DNA of 64,000 bases from the IMG/VR virus record IMGVR_UViG_3300037042_004723, positions 32,001 to 96,000 of that record. The stretch is one strand, 5' to 3'. The notes below the pieces were generated by a model, which saw only the letters and a program-made list of their open reading frames with translations, did no database searches and was not told the origin of the DNA. The translations under genes were made by a program, and so were the position numbers. Every line of letters begins with the position of its first letter. Within the stretch, counting starts at the first letter, position 1. Positions 9,041-18,204 of the stretch are shown piece by piece. The stretch comes from a virus.

Positions 9041-9205
9041 TTACTATTTGAAAATTGAAGTAGCGGTTCAGTCCGTCATAAAAGGCACCCTCCCCAGCCG
9101 GTACTCAGGCCATGTCATGGGAGCTACTGACCTTCAATTTTCTGTTTCAAGTGGAAAACTCTAAGAGTTTTCTCCCCGTCACCTGGCCCGAAGGCCGGGG
9201 CTGCA

Positions 9206-9736
9206 CTAGCCCAGCAGCTGGGCCAGTGCAGCCTTCGCCCGGCTGGCCATGGCCACGGTCACGCCCACCTCACGGGCCGCATCGGTCCACGACTGGCTAC
9301 GCATGAACGCTTCAACAACGGCACGGTGAACCGGCTTGAGCGACGCAACGGCTGCGCGAACCCCCGCAATCTCCTGGCCCCTCACCATGTCGAGGTGCGG
9401 ATCACTGTCGGCGGGCAACGCCTCAGCCACGGGGATGCTGCGCCCGTCGTCGCTCACGACCTGGGGCATCTGAGACTCGAACCTGTGATGAGCCAAGCGC
9501 AGCCAGTTGTGTGCGCGGTACTTCGCAAAGCACGTGAAGTGTGACCGGGCCGAACCCTTGCCCGCATCGAAGGTACGCACGCCGTAGTCGAGCGCCTCGA
9601 CCATGACGCGGCTCATGCACTCGTCGAGGTCGCTCTCGGTGGAGTAGCGCGACCGGCGCAGCACGTTAGCCACGGTGGCGCGCATGGCGGGAAGGACGGT
9701 TAGAATCTCGGAGTGAATCGCTTTGGTGTTCAGCAT
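9206..9736 (-). CDS. ECF-type sigma-70 family factor (paralog 1)
   Basis: Region 2-like FDAGKGSARSHF..FAKYRAHNWLR and a C-terminal HTH; sigma70-like promoter. Confidence 0.75.
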   Translation of the reverse strand: MLNTKAIHSEILTVLPAMRATVANVLRRSRYSTESDLDECMSRVMVEALDYGVRTFDAGKGSARSHFTCFAKYRAHNWLRLAHHRFESQMPQVVSDDGRSIPVAEALPADSDPHLDMVRGQEIAGVRAAVASLKPVHRAVVEAFMRSQSWTDAAREVGVTVAMASRAKAALAQLLG

Positions 9737-9857
9737 GGTAAGAATCATATACTAAGGGATTGTCAATGTCAACACCTAAGATGGCCATACTGAAGATCTT
9801 TTTGAGAAAACTCAATCAAAGCAATGCAAGAGCGGGCAACCCTTGCGTTACTTCTGA

Positions 9858-10640
9858 TCAGCCGCCCGGCGTGGCCGAAGCTTCGAGCTTCGATCCGCAG
9901 CACGGGCAGAGCCCCGAGCGATCGGACTGGACGTGCAGCTTGCCCGCCTCCCACGACTCGCCCTTGTCCTGCTCCGTGCGATCGTACGCCTCTAATTGCG
10001 TCTTAGCGCCGAAGCCAGCCGCGCCATCACGATACCAATTGTTCGCGTTGTCGGTGTCCCAGCATGCGCCGCAAGCGTCACGATCGCCCGTGCAGTAGAT
10101 GGAAGCCCGAGCATTATCGAAAATGCTCATTTCCTCGCCGCTCACCTCGAACACGCGGGGCCGCGTGTAGCCGCCCCGGACATCCGCTCCGCCGTGGATT
10201 GAGAGCACCACGTATGCCTGGAAATCCAGAACGAAATAAGTGAACTGAATAACCTGGGAAAGGAGATCTTCCCCGTTGTACGTGTTGACGGTCACGGGAT
10301 TCTCATCATTGTAGATGCCACGGGGCCGGTTCTCGCCCTTGCCGAGGTACTCAAGCCAGAGCCCGACGAGCGCGAAACACGACTCGTCCTTGTGCTCCGC
10401 CCTCGCACAGAAGCGGCGGAACTTCTGATCCATGGACTTGGACAGCGTGAGGCGGTCCGCGAGCCAGTGGTACACGTTGAGCGTGACTTCGATCCCGTAC
10501 TTGAAATCGAGGGTAGCCAGTGGTTCCGCATCGAACTTGCGACCCTGGTTACGCTGCCACGCGCGACCGTTCGTGCCGCCGCTGTCGAGGAAGTGGGTGC
10601 CCGTGTTCTCCGTCAGCATATTTGCGATGGTGTTGTTCAT
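9858..10640 (-). CDS. Hypothetical phage protein (ENTGTHFLDSGG / IHGGADVRGGYT motifs)
   Basis: 260-aa ORF; class I promoter. Confidence 0.8.
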   Translation of the reverse strand: MNNTIANMLTENTGTHFLDSGGTNGRAWQRNQGRKFDAEPLATLDFKYGIEVTLNVYHWLADRLTLSKSMDQKFRRFCARAEHKDESCFALVGLWLEYLGKGENRPRGIYNDENPVTVNTYNGEDLLSQVIQFTYFVLDFQAYVVLSIHGGADVRGGYTRPRVFEVSGEEMSIFDNARASIYCTGDRDACGACWDTDNANNWYRDGAAGFGAKTQLEAYDRTEQDKGESWEAGKLHVQSDRSGLCPCCGSKLEASATPGG

Positions 10641-10708
10641 GTCTCTACTACAACTGGACTAGCTGAGATTTTCGCGAAATTGCATGGGCCCTCAGTTGTA
10701 GTCTATGC

Positions 10709-10918
10709 ATGAGGAAACAAATATCAGTCCACACGGCAACACCTGGGGATCTCGTTCGTCTCGCGCGTGAGAATGGATACGAGATTCTCCCCGGCAGGGG
10801 AAAGGGATCACACATCGTCCTAACCAAAGCAGGTTCACCAAATGTCACAATCCCAGGCGGAAAGCATGTCGGCCGCAACGTGGTCCGCCGCATGATAAAG
10901 GTAATCATGGCAGCATGA
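10709..10918 (+). CDS. hicA: HicA-family mRNA interferase (toxin-like)
   Basis: 69 aa, basic, with the GKGSH motif followed by VTIP; class I promoter. Confidence 0.8.
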   Translation: MRKQISVHTATPGDLVRLARENGYEILPGRGKGSHIVLTKAGSPNVTIPGGKHVGRNVVRRMIKVIMAA

Positions 10919-10989
10919 AGCAAGGCAAGGGGGGCTCGGCATCCCCCGAGCCACACACTCGGAAAACTCTAAGAGTTTTCTCTCCTGCC

Positions 10990-11136
10990 TCACGGCACCT
11001 TCACCGAAGTGGCTGCCGCCTGGGCGAACGAGGTTGTTTCGCCCGGTCGGGTCATGTTCATCTGGGCCATGCGAGACTTCATCCAGCGCCAGAACTCCTT
11101 GGCGCACCATGGACACTGTGGGCTGCAATTCTTCAT
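10990..11136 (-). CDS. 48-aa hypothetical protein (MKNCSPQCPWC...), not in the ORF track
   Basis: ATG 6 nt from a class I box. Confidence 0.6.
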   Translation of the reverse strand: MKNCSPQCPWCAKEFWRWMKSRMAQMNMTRPGETTSFAQAAATSVKVP

Positions 11137-11206
11137 GCAAAGACTACAACTGAGCTAGCTCAGATTTTCAGGTGAAAAAACCAGCTAGCTGAATTGTAGT
11201 AAGGGC

Positions 11207-11575
11207 ATGACCAAGAATACACTGACCGTTATCGTCTGCCGCGTGGGCCAGTTGGCCGTGGTTGAGCAGATGGCCCCTGGGCTCAAGCCCATGCAGGACA
11301 TCGTGGGCGGGCACATCGAGTGCGTCGGCCTGGAAGGCACGCCCTTTGAGCACGGTATCGACCTGTGGTGCGATGAAGAGTTCCTCCTCAAGGACTACAA
11401 GCCAAACCGAACGATCGGCCCCCGGCTTGTCATCCACGGTGATTTCTTCATCGCCGCTCATGACGGGGAGGGCGAAACCCTTGGGCTCACCGATGCAGAG
11501 GTCGCCCGCCTCTTGCCCAAGGTGAAGTCGTGGCCGGTCTTCCTTGGTGCCGGGCTCACGGTTCAGGAGGTCTAA
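11207..11575 (+). CDS. DUF3846-like protein
   Basis: MQDIVGGHIECV...LWCDEE...IHGDFFI pattern (recalled, not searched); class I promoter. Confidence 0.6.
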   Translation: MTKNTLTVIVCRVGQLAVVEQMAPGLKPMQDIVGGHIECVGLEGTPFEHGIDLWCDEEFLLKDYKPNRTIGPRLVIHGDFFIAAHDGEGETLGLTDAEVARLLPKVKSWPVFLGAGLTVQEV

Positions 11576-11647
11576 CCGGTCGGGCTACGGCCTTGGCCCG
11601 GTAAAACTCTAGACGCCCGGAGGGCGCAAGCGCCGACGCCAGCCGGC

Positions 11648-11941
11648 CTAGCCGAGCACCGCGAACTCGTGGCGACCGCCGCCCAGCTTGCTCCCGCAGC
11701 ACCCGCACGAGCGCCACGAGAACTCATCACAGCCCTTGCCCGCCTCGCTGTCGAAGTTCGGCACGAGATTAGGGCCGAGCGACGCCAGCCCGGCGTTCAC
11801 CTCAGCGATGCGCGCGTCACGCTTGGCCTCAGCCTCAGCGCCCCGCCCGTTCATCTGGTAGTCGAAGATGGAGTAGTCGCCGTTGACGGCGACCGTGGTG
11901 CAGTCGTCGCAGAGTAGGATTCCGTCCCTGATGATTTCCAT
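11648..11941 (-). CDS. Hypothetical protein with Cys pairs
   Basis: Class I promoter. Confidence 0.75.
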   Translation of the reverse strand: MEIIRDGILLCDDCTTVAVNGDYSIFDYQMNGRGAEAEAKRDARIAEVNAGLASLGPNLVPNFDSEAGKGCDEFSWRSCGCCGSKLGGGRHEFAVLG

Positions 11942-12011
11942 GTAGCAACTACAACTGAGCTAGCTCAGGTTTTCAGGTGAAAATACCGGCGCTCTCAGTT
12001 GTAGTAGCTAC

Positions 12012-12221
12012 ATGAAGAACAACATCACCGAGTACAGCGACGAGGAACTGAGCCTCACCGTCATGAACGACTACCAGCTCTACAAGATGCGCCGCCTACC
12101 GCTGCGCCACCTGCGCGCGACGCTGGAGGAGATTTTCATCTTCACCACCGATCAGTGGGTCGATCTGGTCGAGACCATCGAGGCCGACCTGGCCGAGGGC
12201 GACGAGGCGACGAGCAACTAA
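12012..12221 (+). CDS. Hypothetical protein
   Basis: Class I promoter. Confidence 0.75.
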   Translation: MKNNITEYSDEELSLTVMNDYQLYKMRRLPLRHLRATLEEIFIFTTDQWVDLVETIEADLAEGDEATSN

Positions 12222-12311
12222 GGCTCGGGGCTACGGCCCACTGGAAGAAAACTCTAAGAGTTTTCTGAACCACCTCACAGGCTGAGGCGGTTGCCTGTCA
12301 GATTCCGACGG

Positions 12312-12512
12312 CTAGTGCGTCTTCTTCCCGTAGCTGATGCGGAACCACACCCCGCCGTGCATCGCGGCGTCACTCTTGCCCACGAAGCATTTGAAGTCGG
12401 CGTGCTTCAGGTCGGCGGGCATGTTGCGTACGCCAAGCCTCATCGCCCCTGCGCGGGTCATGGGCTTGTCGAACGTGTGTAGACCGCATTTCACGAACAG
12501 CTTTTCGTCCAT
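12312..12512 (-). CDS. Hypothetical protein
   Basis: Class I promoter. Confidence 0.75.
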   Translation of the reverse strand: MDEKLFVKCGLHTFDKPMTRAGAMRLGVRNMPADLKHADFKCFVGKSDAAMHGGVWFRISYGKKTH

Positions 12513-12653
12513 ATCCCTACTACAATTCAGCCCTTAGAAAGTTTCGTGCGATGGAGCGAAAATTCAGTGTCAGCCAGTTGTAGTAAGACCACGAGAGCGA
12601 AATCAACCGGCCCCGATTCCCGGACGCCCCCCGATTCGCAAAGGATGATTCAG

Positions 12654-12995
12654 ATGAGCACCGCGACCAAGACCGTCCACGCCACCCTTCCCGTGTTCGT
12701 TGCCAAGCAGGAGGGCACCGTCGAGGTGACCCTCGATGAGGCGCTCGCCAACATCAAGGCGCTGCGCGCCCAGATGGCCCCGCTGGAGAAGGCCGAGAAG
12801 CAGCTTATCGAGCTGACCAAGGCCATGATGAAGGCCAAGGGCGTGGAGACGTACACCGCCCCCAGCGGTGACCGCGCGCTCTGGTCGGAGAGCCAGCGCA
12901 GCGAGTTCGACAAGGAGCTTGCCAAGGAGTTGCTCAAGGAGGATTGGGCGCGGGTCCACTCCTTCAAGACCGTCAAGAGCTTCACGGTCAAGTAG
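12654..12995 (+). CDS. Hypothetical coiled-coil protein
   Basis: Class I promoter, about 70-nt leader, AAGGA RBS. Confidence 0.75.
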   Translation: MSTATKTVHATLPVFVAKQEGTVEVTLDEALANIKALRAQMAPLEKAEKQLIELTKAMMKAKGVETYTAPSGDRALWSESQRSEFDKELAKELLKEDWARVHSFKTVKSFTVK

Positions 12996-13202
12996 GGTTC
13001 GTCCCCCGGGAGATAAAACCGGGCTCTGTGACCGCCAGCGCAGCACAACGCTGGACTACTGGCGGCGTCGGTTCAGCGACGTAAACATCTGTGGGAGGCT
13101 GCACACGCCCACGGCGCTCGCTCCCTGGCGGTCAGGGGGCACTTTTCTTTTCGGCTCAAGAAAACTCTAAGAGTTTTCCGGTTGAGGGCCGAAGCCCAGC
13201 GG

Positions 13203-13664
13203 CTAGCCCCACGAGATGTGGCGGTTGCCAGCCTTCTCGCAGATGCGGAGCATTTGCTCCGTACGCATCCGCAGGTAGCCAGGCATGCGGTCGCCCACGA
13301 TCACGCGCGGGTTCCCCGCAACGCCCATGGCAGCCGCACGGTCCTCGCCCGAGAGGGCGGGGTCGTGGTTGCGCGATTCGTCCCACAGGCGACGACGGCA
13401 ACGTGCGGCCAGTTCGGGCGCAGGAATATCCCCACCGTAATCGGCGCGGATGCTAATCCACTCCATGAATTCCAGCGCGTTGCCGTTGCCCATGTTGACT
13501 TCGGTGTCTGTGCAGTCGGAGCACGAGAACATTTCGGGCGTCTTCTGATCATTTGCCCACGCGGCATCGCACGCATCGCACCAGCGTTGCGAGCAATCGC
13601 AACGGTAGGCCCTGACCATCTGGCCAGCCGCGTTCACTTCCGTGATGTAGAACGTGATGCTCAT
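13203..13664 (-). CDS. Hypothetical Cys-rich protein
   Basis: Class I promoter; start at MSITF. Confidence 0.75.
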   Translation of the reverse strand: MSITFYITEVNAAGQMVRAYRCDCSQRWCDACDAAWANDQKTPEMFSCSDCTDTEVNMGNGNALEFMEWISIRADYGGDIPAPELAARCRRRLWDESRNHDPALSGEDRAAAMGVAGNPRVIVGDRMPGYLRMRTEQMLRICEKAGNRHISWG

Positions 13665-14179
13665 GGTTCTACTACAACTGAGGCAGCCTGGATTTTCATG
13701 GATTCGACGGCAAGGTCTTCGCTCTGATACACGTCCTTCCCATCGATCATGATGATGCGCGTGCGGATGGGCACCCACACGCCGTCACGGAGAGCCCTTG
13801 CCTCGCTCCACGTGGTCCGGTCGGCGAGCACGTAGCCCCTGCCAACCTTCTGAACCCACCCGATGATCGTCCCTGGGAACCTGTCTGTGTCGTACCAGAT
13901 CGGCGCGGTGACGTTGGCGTAGACGGTATCGCCCTCGATCCCGCCCTTGTCCTTGAAGTCACCCACGATGACGTAGGGGACCGTCGCGCCCTTGCCCATC
14001 ACGTTGTGCGCGTTGCGCTCGGTGTTGGCCTCGGTCAGCTTGTAGCCGTTGTAGCCGTAATCGCCCTTCCACATCGACGAGTGGCGGTAGGCGTACGAGT
14101 AGAGGTGAGCCGAGACCTTCGCCCCGTTCACGGCCAGCTGGACCGTCCTGCTGCGTAGCGAGTAGATGTAGATTCCCAT
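13661..14179 (-). CDS. Hypothetical protein
   Basis: Class I promoter. Confidence 0.75.
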   Translation of the reverse strand: MGIYIYSLRSRTVQLAVNGAKVSAHLYSYAYRHSSMWKGDYGYNGYKLTEANTERNAHNVMGKGATVPYVIVGDFKDKGGIEGDTVYANVTAPIWYDTDRFPGTIIGWVQKVGRGYVLADRTTWSEARALRDGVWVPIRTRIIMIDGKDVYQSEDLAVESMKIQAASVVVEP

Positions 14180-14483
14180 GACCTAACTACAACTGGGCTC
14201 CCTGGTATTTTCATGAAAAAACCAGCCCGCCTAGTTGTAGTAAGACCACAGGAACAAACAAGCCAACCGGCCAAAAAATAAACACCCCAAACCACAGGAA
14301 TCAATCAATGCTCATATAAGTGACGGTCAATCCCCTCTTGCTCTACCGTAAGCGTGGGGGTCCGAGAATATCTAAGGTAGCCGAGGGGGCTGATCTCCCC
14401 TCGGAGGAATCGCGTCGAGAGTTTTCCGAACGACACTGCATCGATTGCCTGAAAATCCCAGGTGGCCCAGTTGTAGTAGAACC

Positions 14484-14705
14484 ATGAGCAAGTTCAGCAT
14501 CAACGACACGGTCCGGGCGCTACACGACATCATCGACGGCGACGACGTGGTGTGCGCCCGCAAGGGCGACGAGGGCATCATCATCGACATCATCGAGGAC
14601 GAGCCGGACTGCCCGGCGGGCGCGGCCTTCGATGTGCTCTGGCCGCACATGATTACCATCACGAGCGCAAGCGAGATGGAACCGCTGGGCACGCTGCTCA
14701 ACTGA
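14484..14705 (+). CDS. Hypothetical protein
   Basis: Class I promoter; start at MSKFS. Confidence 0.7.
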   Translation: MSKFSINDTVRALHDIIDGDDVVCARKGDEGIIIDIIEDEPDCPAGAAFDVLWPHMITITSASEMEPLGTLLN

Positions 14706-14812
14706 GCGGCTGGCCTTCGGGCTCGCAGGCGTTGGAAAACTCCTATGGTTATTCGGCCTAGAGTTTTCCGCCCTGGGCGGCCGGGGTCGGGCCCGGCCGC
14801 CTCCTGTGGGGG

Positions 14813-15061
14813 CTAGGCCGCCACCTCCACGAACCCGTGGGAGACGAGCAGCGCCTCGAACTGGGCCAGCAGCTTGTCGGGCTTGCCCGAGAGCCCGAAC
14901 TCCTTACGGAGGATCGTGCTGCACTTGGGGGCCTTGGCGGTGAGCCGCATCCCTGGGTACTTGATCTCGAACTTGAGCCCGCTGAGGATCATCCGGAGTC
15001 GGATGCCGCCCATGGCGTAGGTCTTGTGATGCTCGATCTGCTCGGTCGCCTTGGTGTTCAT
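14813..15061 (-). CDS. Hypothetical protein
   Basis: Class I promoter. Confidence 0.75.
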   Translation of the reverse strand: MNTKATEQIEHHKTYAMGGIRLRMILSGLKFEIKYPGMRLTAKAPKCSTILRKEFGLSGKPDKLLAQFEALLVSHGFVEVAA

Positions 15062-15141
15062 GTACCTACTACAACTGAGCTAGCTGGTATTTTCACAGCA
15101 CATCAAATGAAAATCCGGGGCACCCCAGTTGTAGTAGGTAC

Positions 15142-15345
15142 ATGAAGAAGCTGACCACCAAGAAGCTGGACGCGCACATCTCCTCGGTCTACTACCGCGT
15201 GGCCGATGGCAAGGCTATCAACATCATGGACATCGGCAAGGTGTTCAAGGCCGCGCGTGATGCCTATCAGGCCATGCCGGATCTCGCCGTCGTCGAAGCG
15301 GCCATCATCGGCGCGGTCGCCAAGTACTGCAGGGCGGTGAACTAA
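15142..15345 (+). CDS. Hypothetical protein
   Basis: Class I promoter; first gene of a four-gene operon. Confidence 0.75.
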   Translation: MKKLTTKKLDAHISSVYYRVADGKAINIMDIGKVFKAARDAYQAMPDLAVVEAAIIGAVAKYCRAVN

Positions 15346-15581
15346 TGGACACCACCAAGAAGCAAACCGTCACCTGCATCGTCCGCGACAATCACCGTCA
15401 TGGCTACCCGGATCCCCTGATCTATGTGGTCGACGTGTCCGATCCACAGGACGAGGTCGAGGTACTCAAGGCTGTCACCGAGTCTCGCCGTGCGGACCTC
15501 GGTGGCGACGACAAGCTCGATCTAACCATCCTGTTGGTCTTTTCCGGCACCCTCAACACAATTTCAGATTGGCGCGAGTGA
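15345..15581 (+). CDS. Hypothetical protein
   Basis: TAATG coupling. Confidence 0.7.
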   Translation: MDTTKKQTVTCIVRDNHRHGYPDPLIYVVDVSDPQDEVEVLKAVTESRRADLGGDDKLDLTILLVFSGTLNTISDWRE

Positions 15582-15585
15582 ACTA

Positions 15586-15783
15586 ATGCCCCATTTCACA
15601 TTCACCGTCACCCGCGAGACCACCGAGAGCGTGACCGTCACCGTCGAGGCTGACTCCATCAAGGAGGCACATCGCAAAGCGCTGGCCACCCAGTACGGGA
15701 TTCGAGGGTGGGCATATGACGAAGGGAATCACCCTCGCGAGGCATACATCCCCGACGAGGACGATTACAAGGAGGAGGTCTAG
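15586..15783 (+). CDS. Hypothetical protein
   Basis: Operon spacing. Confidence 0.7.
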   Translation: MPHFTFTVTRETTESVTVTVEADSIKEAHRKALATQYGIRGWAYDEGNHPREAYIPDEDDYKEEV

Positions 15784-15785
15784 CC

Positions 15786-15995
15786 ATGCGCGAATGGCGC
15801 GGATACTGTGAACGCTGCGGCGATAAGTCGTTCAGCTACACGATGTCGCGGTTCAACACTCAGTTGATCTGCGGCCCCTGCAAAAAGAAAGAACGCGAGC
15901 ACCCTGATTACCAGCGCGCGGCGGATGCCGAGCTGGCGTCGTTGAAGCGTGGTGAGCGCAACTTTCCGGGCATCGGGAAGCCGAAGGACCTCTAA
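15786..15995 (+). CDS. Small Zn-finger-like protein (CxxC...CxxC)
   Basis: GGAGG RBS; Cys pairs. Confidence 0.7.
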   Translation: MREWRGYCERCGDKSFSYTMSRFNTQLICGPCKKKEREHPDYQRAADAELASLKRGERNFPGIGKPKDL

Positions 15996-16077
15996 CCAAG
16001 AAGGAGGAGGGGGCGCGCAAGCGCTTGCGTCGATAGAAAACTCTTAGAGTTTTCCGTTAAGGGCCTTAGCCCGAGGG

Positions 16078-16299
16078 CTACCAGCGCCCCTCGCCATACC
16101 CGTAATCGGGTTCGATGGGCTCGTCGACGTCGGCCTGCGAGTACCCCGTGAGGATCTCCGGGCGGTAGCGACTGAGCTTCGCCGCCCGACACTCGTCGCA
16201 CACCCGGCAGAGCGGGATGCCCTGCGCGTCGTGCTCCCACCACGAGCCGTCGGACTTAGTGTGCGGGTGCCGCTTCAGATGCTCGCTCGGTTGCTTCAT
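16078..16299 (-). CDS. Hypothetical protein
   Basis: Class I promoter; start at MKQPS. Confidence 0.75.
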   Translation of the reverse strand: MKQPSEHLKRHPHTKSDGSWWEHDAQGIPLCRVCDECRAAKLSRYRPEILTGYSQADVDEPIEPDYGYGEGRW

Positions 16300-16368
16300 G
16301 TAGCTACTACAATTCAGCTCGCCCCAATTTTCACTGAAAATACCAGCTAGCCCAGTTGTAGTAGGTAC

Positions 16369-16566
16369 ATGAAGACGATGACCATCAAGGTTCCCCAGTC
16401 CACCCGCCGCTCGGGCGCTGCCATCGCGGCGATGCACCGCAATCCCGTCATCATGCGCCACCGGCTACAGCCTCGGGGCGGGGCGCGCAACGTCCAGGCG
16501 TCCTACTTCGACGAGATCATCGTCGAGGATGAGTCGCACTGGTTCGACGAGGACCGGGACGGCTGA
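16369..16566 (+). CDS. Hypothetical protein
   Basis: Class I promoter. Confidence 0.7.
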   Translation: MKTMTIKVPQSTRRSGAAIAAMHRNPVIMRHRLQPRGGARNVQASYFDEIIVEDESHWFDEDRDG

Positions 16567-16574
16567 TCAGTCCT

Positions 16575-16640
16575 GGCACTGACCGGGACGGTTCCCGGCG
16601 GATGATAGCCTGAAAGGCGGTTCGACCCCGCCCAGTGCCA
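16575..16640 (+). ncRNA. tRNA-like element lacking a canonical anticodon arm
   Basis: Acceptor GGCACTG/CAGTGCC+A, D-like stem CCGGGA/TCCCGG, T-arm GGCGG-TTCGACC-CCGCC. Confidence 0.65.
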
Positions 16641-16721
16641 CCGCAGCGGAAAACTCTAAGAGTTTTCTAAGCCGCGCTGGGCTTGGTAGCCCGTCACCCT
16701 TGGTAGGGCTTGCGCTGTCGC

Positions 16722-17027
16722 TCACGCCGGGCGGGAGACGTGGCCCTCCGTTCCGTCGTCGAAGGTGATCGGATCGTGCTCCCCGCAGAGCTTGGCGACC
16801 GTGAGCCCATCGGGCAGGTTGGGCACGCTGAACAGGAGCGAGCCACGGTCGAACACCCAGGGCTCGAAGGTGATCGGCGTGTCGAGCGGAATGTCGATGG
16901 CAACGCTCATCGCATCGAAGGTCAGCACGTCACCCTTGACGGTGAGTCTGCGAACCAGCCTGCCCGAGTAGAGGCAGCGAATTTCCGCACCATGGTGCCC
17001 GTTCATCAAGTCAGCGAAAGTCTTCAT
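16722..17027 (-). CDS. Hypothetical protein
   Basis: Class I promoter. Confidence 0.75.
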   Translation of the reverse strand: MKTFADLMNGHHGAEIRCLYSGRLVRRLTVKGDVLTFDAMSVAIDIPLDTPITFEPWVFDRGSLLFSVPNLPDGLTVAKLCGEHDPITFDDGTEGHVSRPA

Positions 17028-17097
17028 GGTTCTACTACAACTGGGCCAACCGAAACTTTCACCTGAAAACCTGAGCTAGCTCAGTTGTAGTTAGACC

Positions 17098-17679
17098 ATG
17101 AGCATCATCGTTAAAATCATCCAGGACGACAACGCAGAGTCGCCCCGCACCTTCGACAACGTTGGCGTCATGGCGTGTTGGCACCGACGCTACAACCTTG
17201 GTGACGTGCAGCCTAAGGGCGAGGATCCGGCCGAGTGGCTCAAGGAGAATGCCCCCAAGGGCTCAGTGGCGCTTCCCCTGTATCTGTACGATCACAGCGG
17301 GATCACCATGAGCACGGGCTCCTTTGGTGACGTGTGGGATTCCGGCCAGGTCGGCTGGATTGTCGCCACGCCCGACGCAATCCGTAAGAACTTCATGGTC
17401 AAGCGCATCACGGCCAAGATGCGCGCAACCGTTGAGGAAATCCTCAAGTCCGAAGTGAAGATTTACGACCACTACCTCACGGGCAACGTGTGGGGCTACA
17501 CCATCGAATCCGTCAAGGATTGCGATTCGTGCGGCCACGAAACCAAGGGGGACGAGGACGTGGACGATTCGTGTTGGGGGTTCTTCGGCGATGATCTGGC
17601 CTTCACCGGGATCAAGGATCACGTGGACGCGAAGTATCACGAAGCTCTCGAAGCAGCGTGGGACATGCGGTTCCGGTAG
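17098..17679 (+). CDS. Mobile-element-type hypothetical protein (YLYDHSG / WDSGQVG / DSCWGF motifs)
   Basis: Motif pattern recalled from phage/ICE proteins; class I promoter. Confidence 0.8.
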   Translation: MSIIVKIIQDDNAESPRTFDNVGVMACWHRRYNLGDVQPKGEDPAEWLKENAPKGSVALPLYLYDHSGITMSTGSFGDVWDSGQVGWIVATPDAIRKNFMVKRITAKMRATVEEILKSEVKIYDHYLTGNVWGYTIESVKDCDSCGHETKGDEDVDDSCWGFFGDDLAFTGIKDHVDAKYHEALEAAWDMRFR

Positions 17680-17796
17680 GCGGACCGGCGGGGTTCGTTG
17701 CCTCGCAGGCTTGGAAAACTCTGGCCCATAGGGAGTTTTCTTGGCCGCGCCCGCCGGGCGGCCAAGGCTACGGCTTGTCCTTTACCTCGGCCACGG

Positions 17797-18204
17797 TTAC
17801 GTTGAACGGGCCGCTTCGATTTGGTGAGCGCGCCACTCTTGGTAGCCGAGCCGCGTGTCGCCGTTGGCTACCTCGTGCTGCCAATCTTCCTCGGGGTACG
17901 CCCACGTCAGCAGCACCCAGACCTGGGATTCGCCGCCTTCGTAGTCATCCGGGATGACATCAAGCCGGTTGCCATGCTCGTCGAATGGGCGGAGGTCAAC
18001 GCCCTCCAGCGCGCCACGGACTGCGTGAGCAATTTCATCCTGATCAATGTGATCGGGCACGTTGACATCATTGAGCATGTCGTCGAAGGCGCTCTCGATG
18101 GTTCCGCCAAGGTATGCGCCGACCAGGCATTCACCGGGACGGTTGTGATGGTCCTGTAGGTAGTCCGAGAAGCACGTGTCGATGTAGCGAGCGTTGATGG
18201 TCAT
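17797..18204 (-). CDS. Hypothetical protein
   Basis: Class I promoter. Confidence 0.75.
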   Translation of the reverse strand: MTINARYIDTCFSDYLQDHHNRPGECLVGAYLGGTIESAFDDMLNDVNVPDHIDQDEIAHAVRGALEGVDLRPFDEHGNRLDVIPDDYEGGESQVWVLLTWAYPEEDWQHEVANGDTRLGYQEWRAHQIEAARST

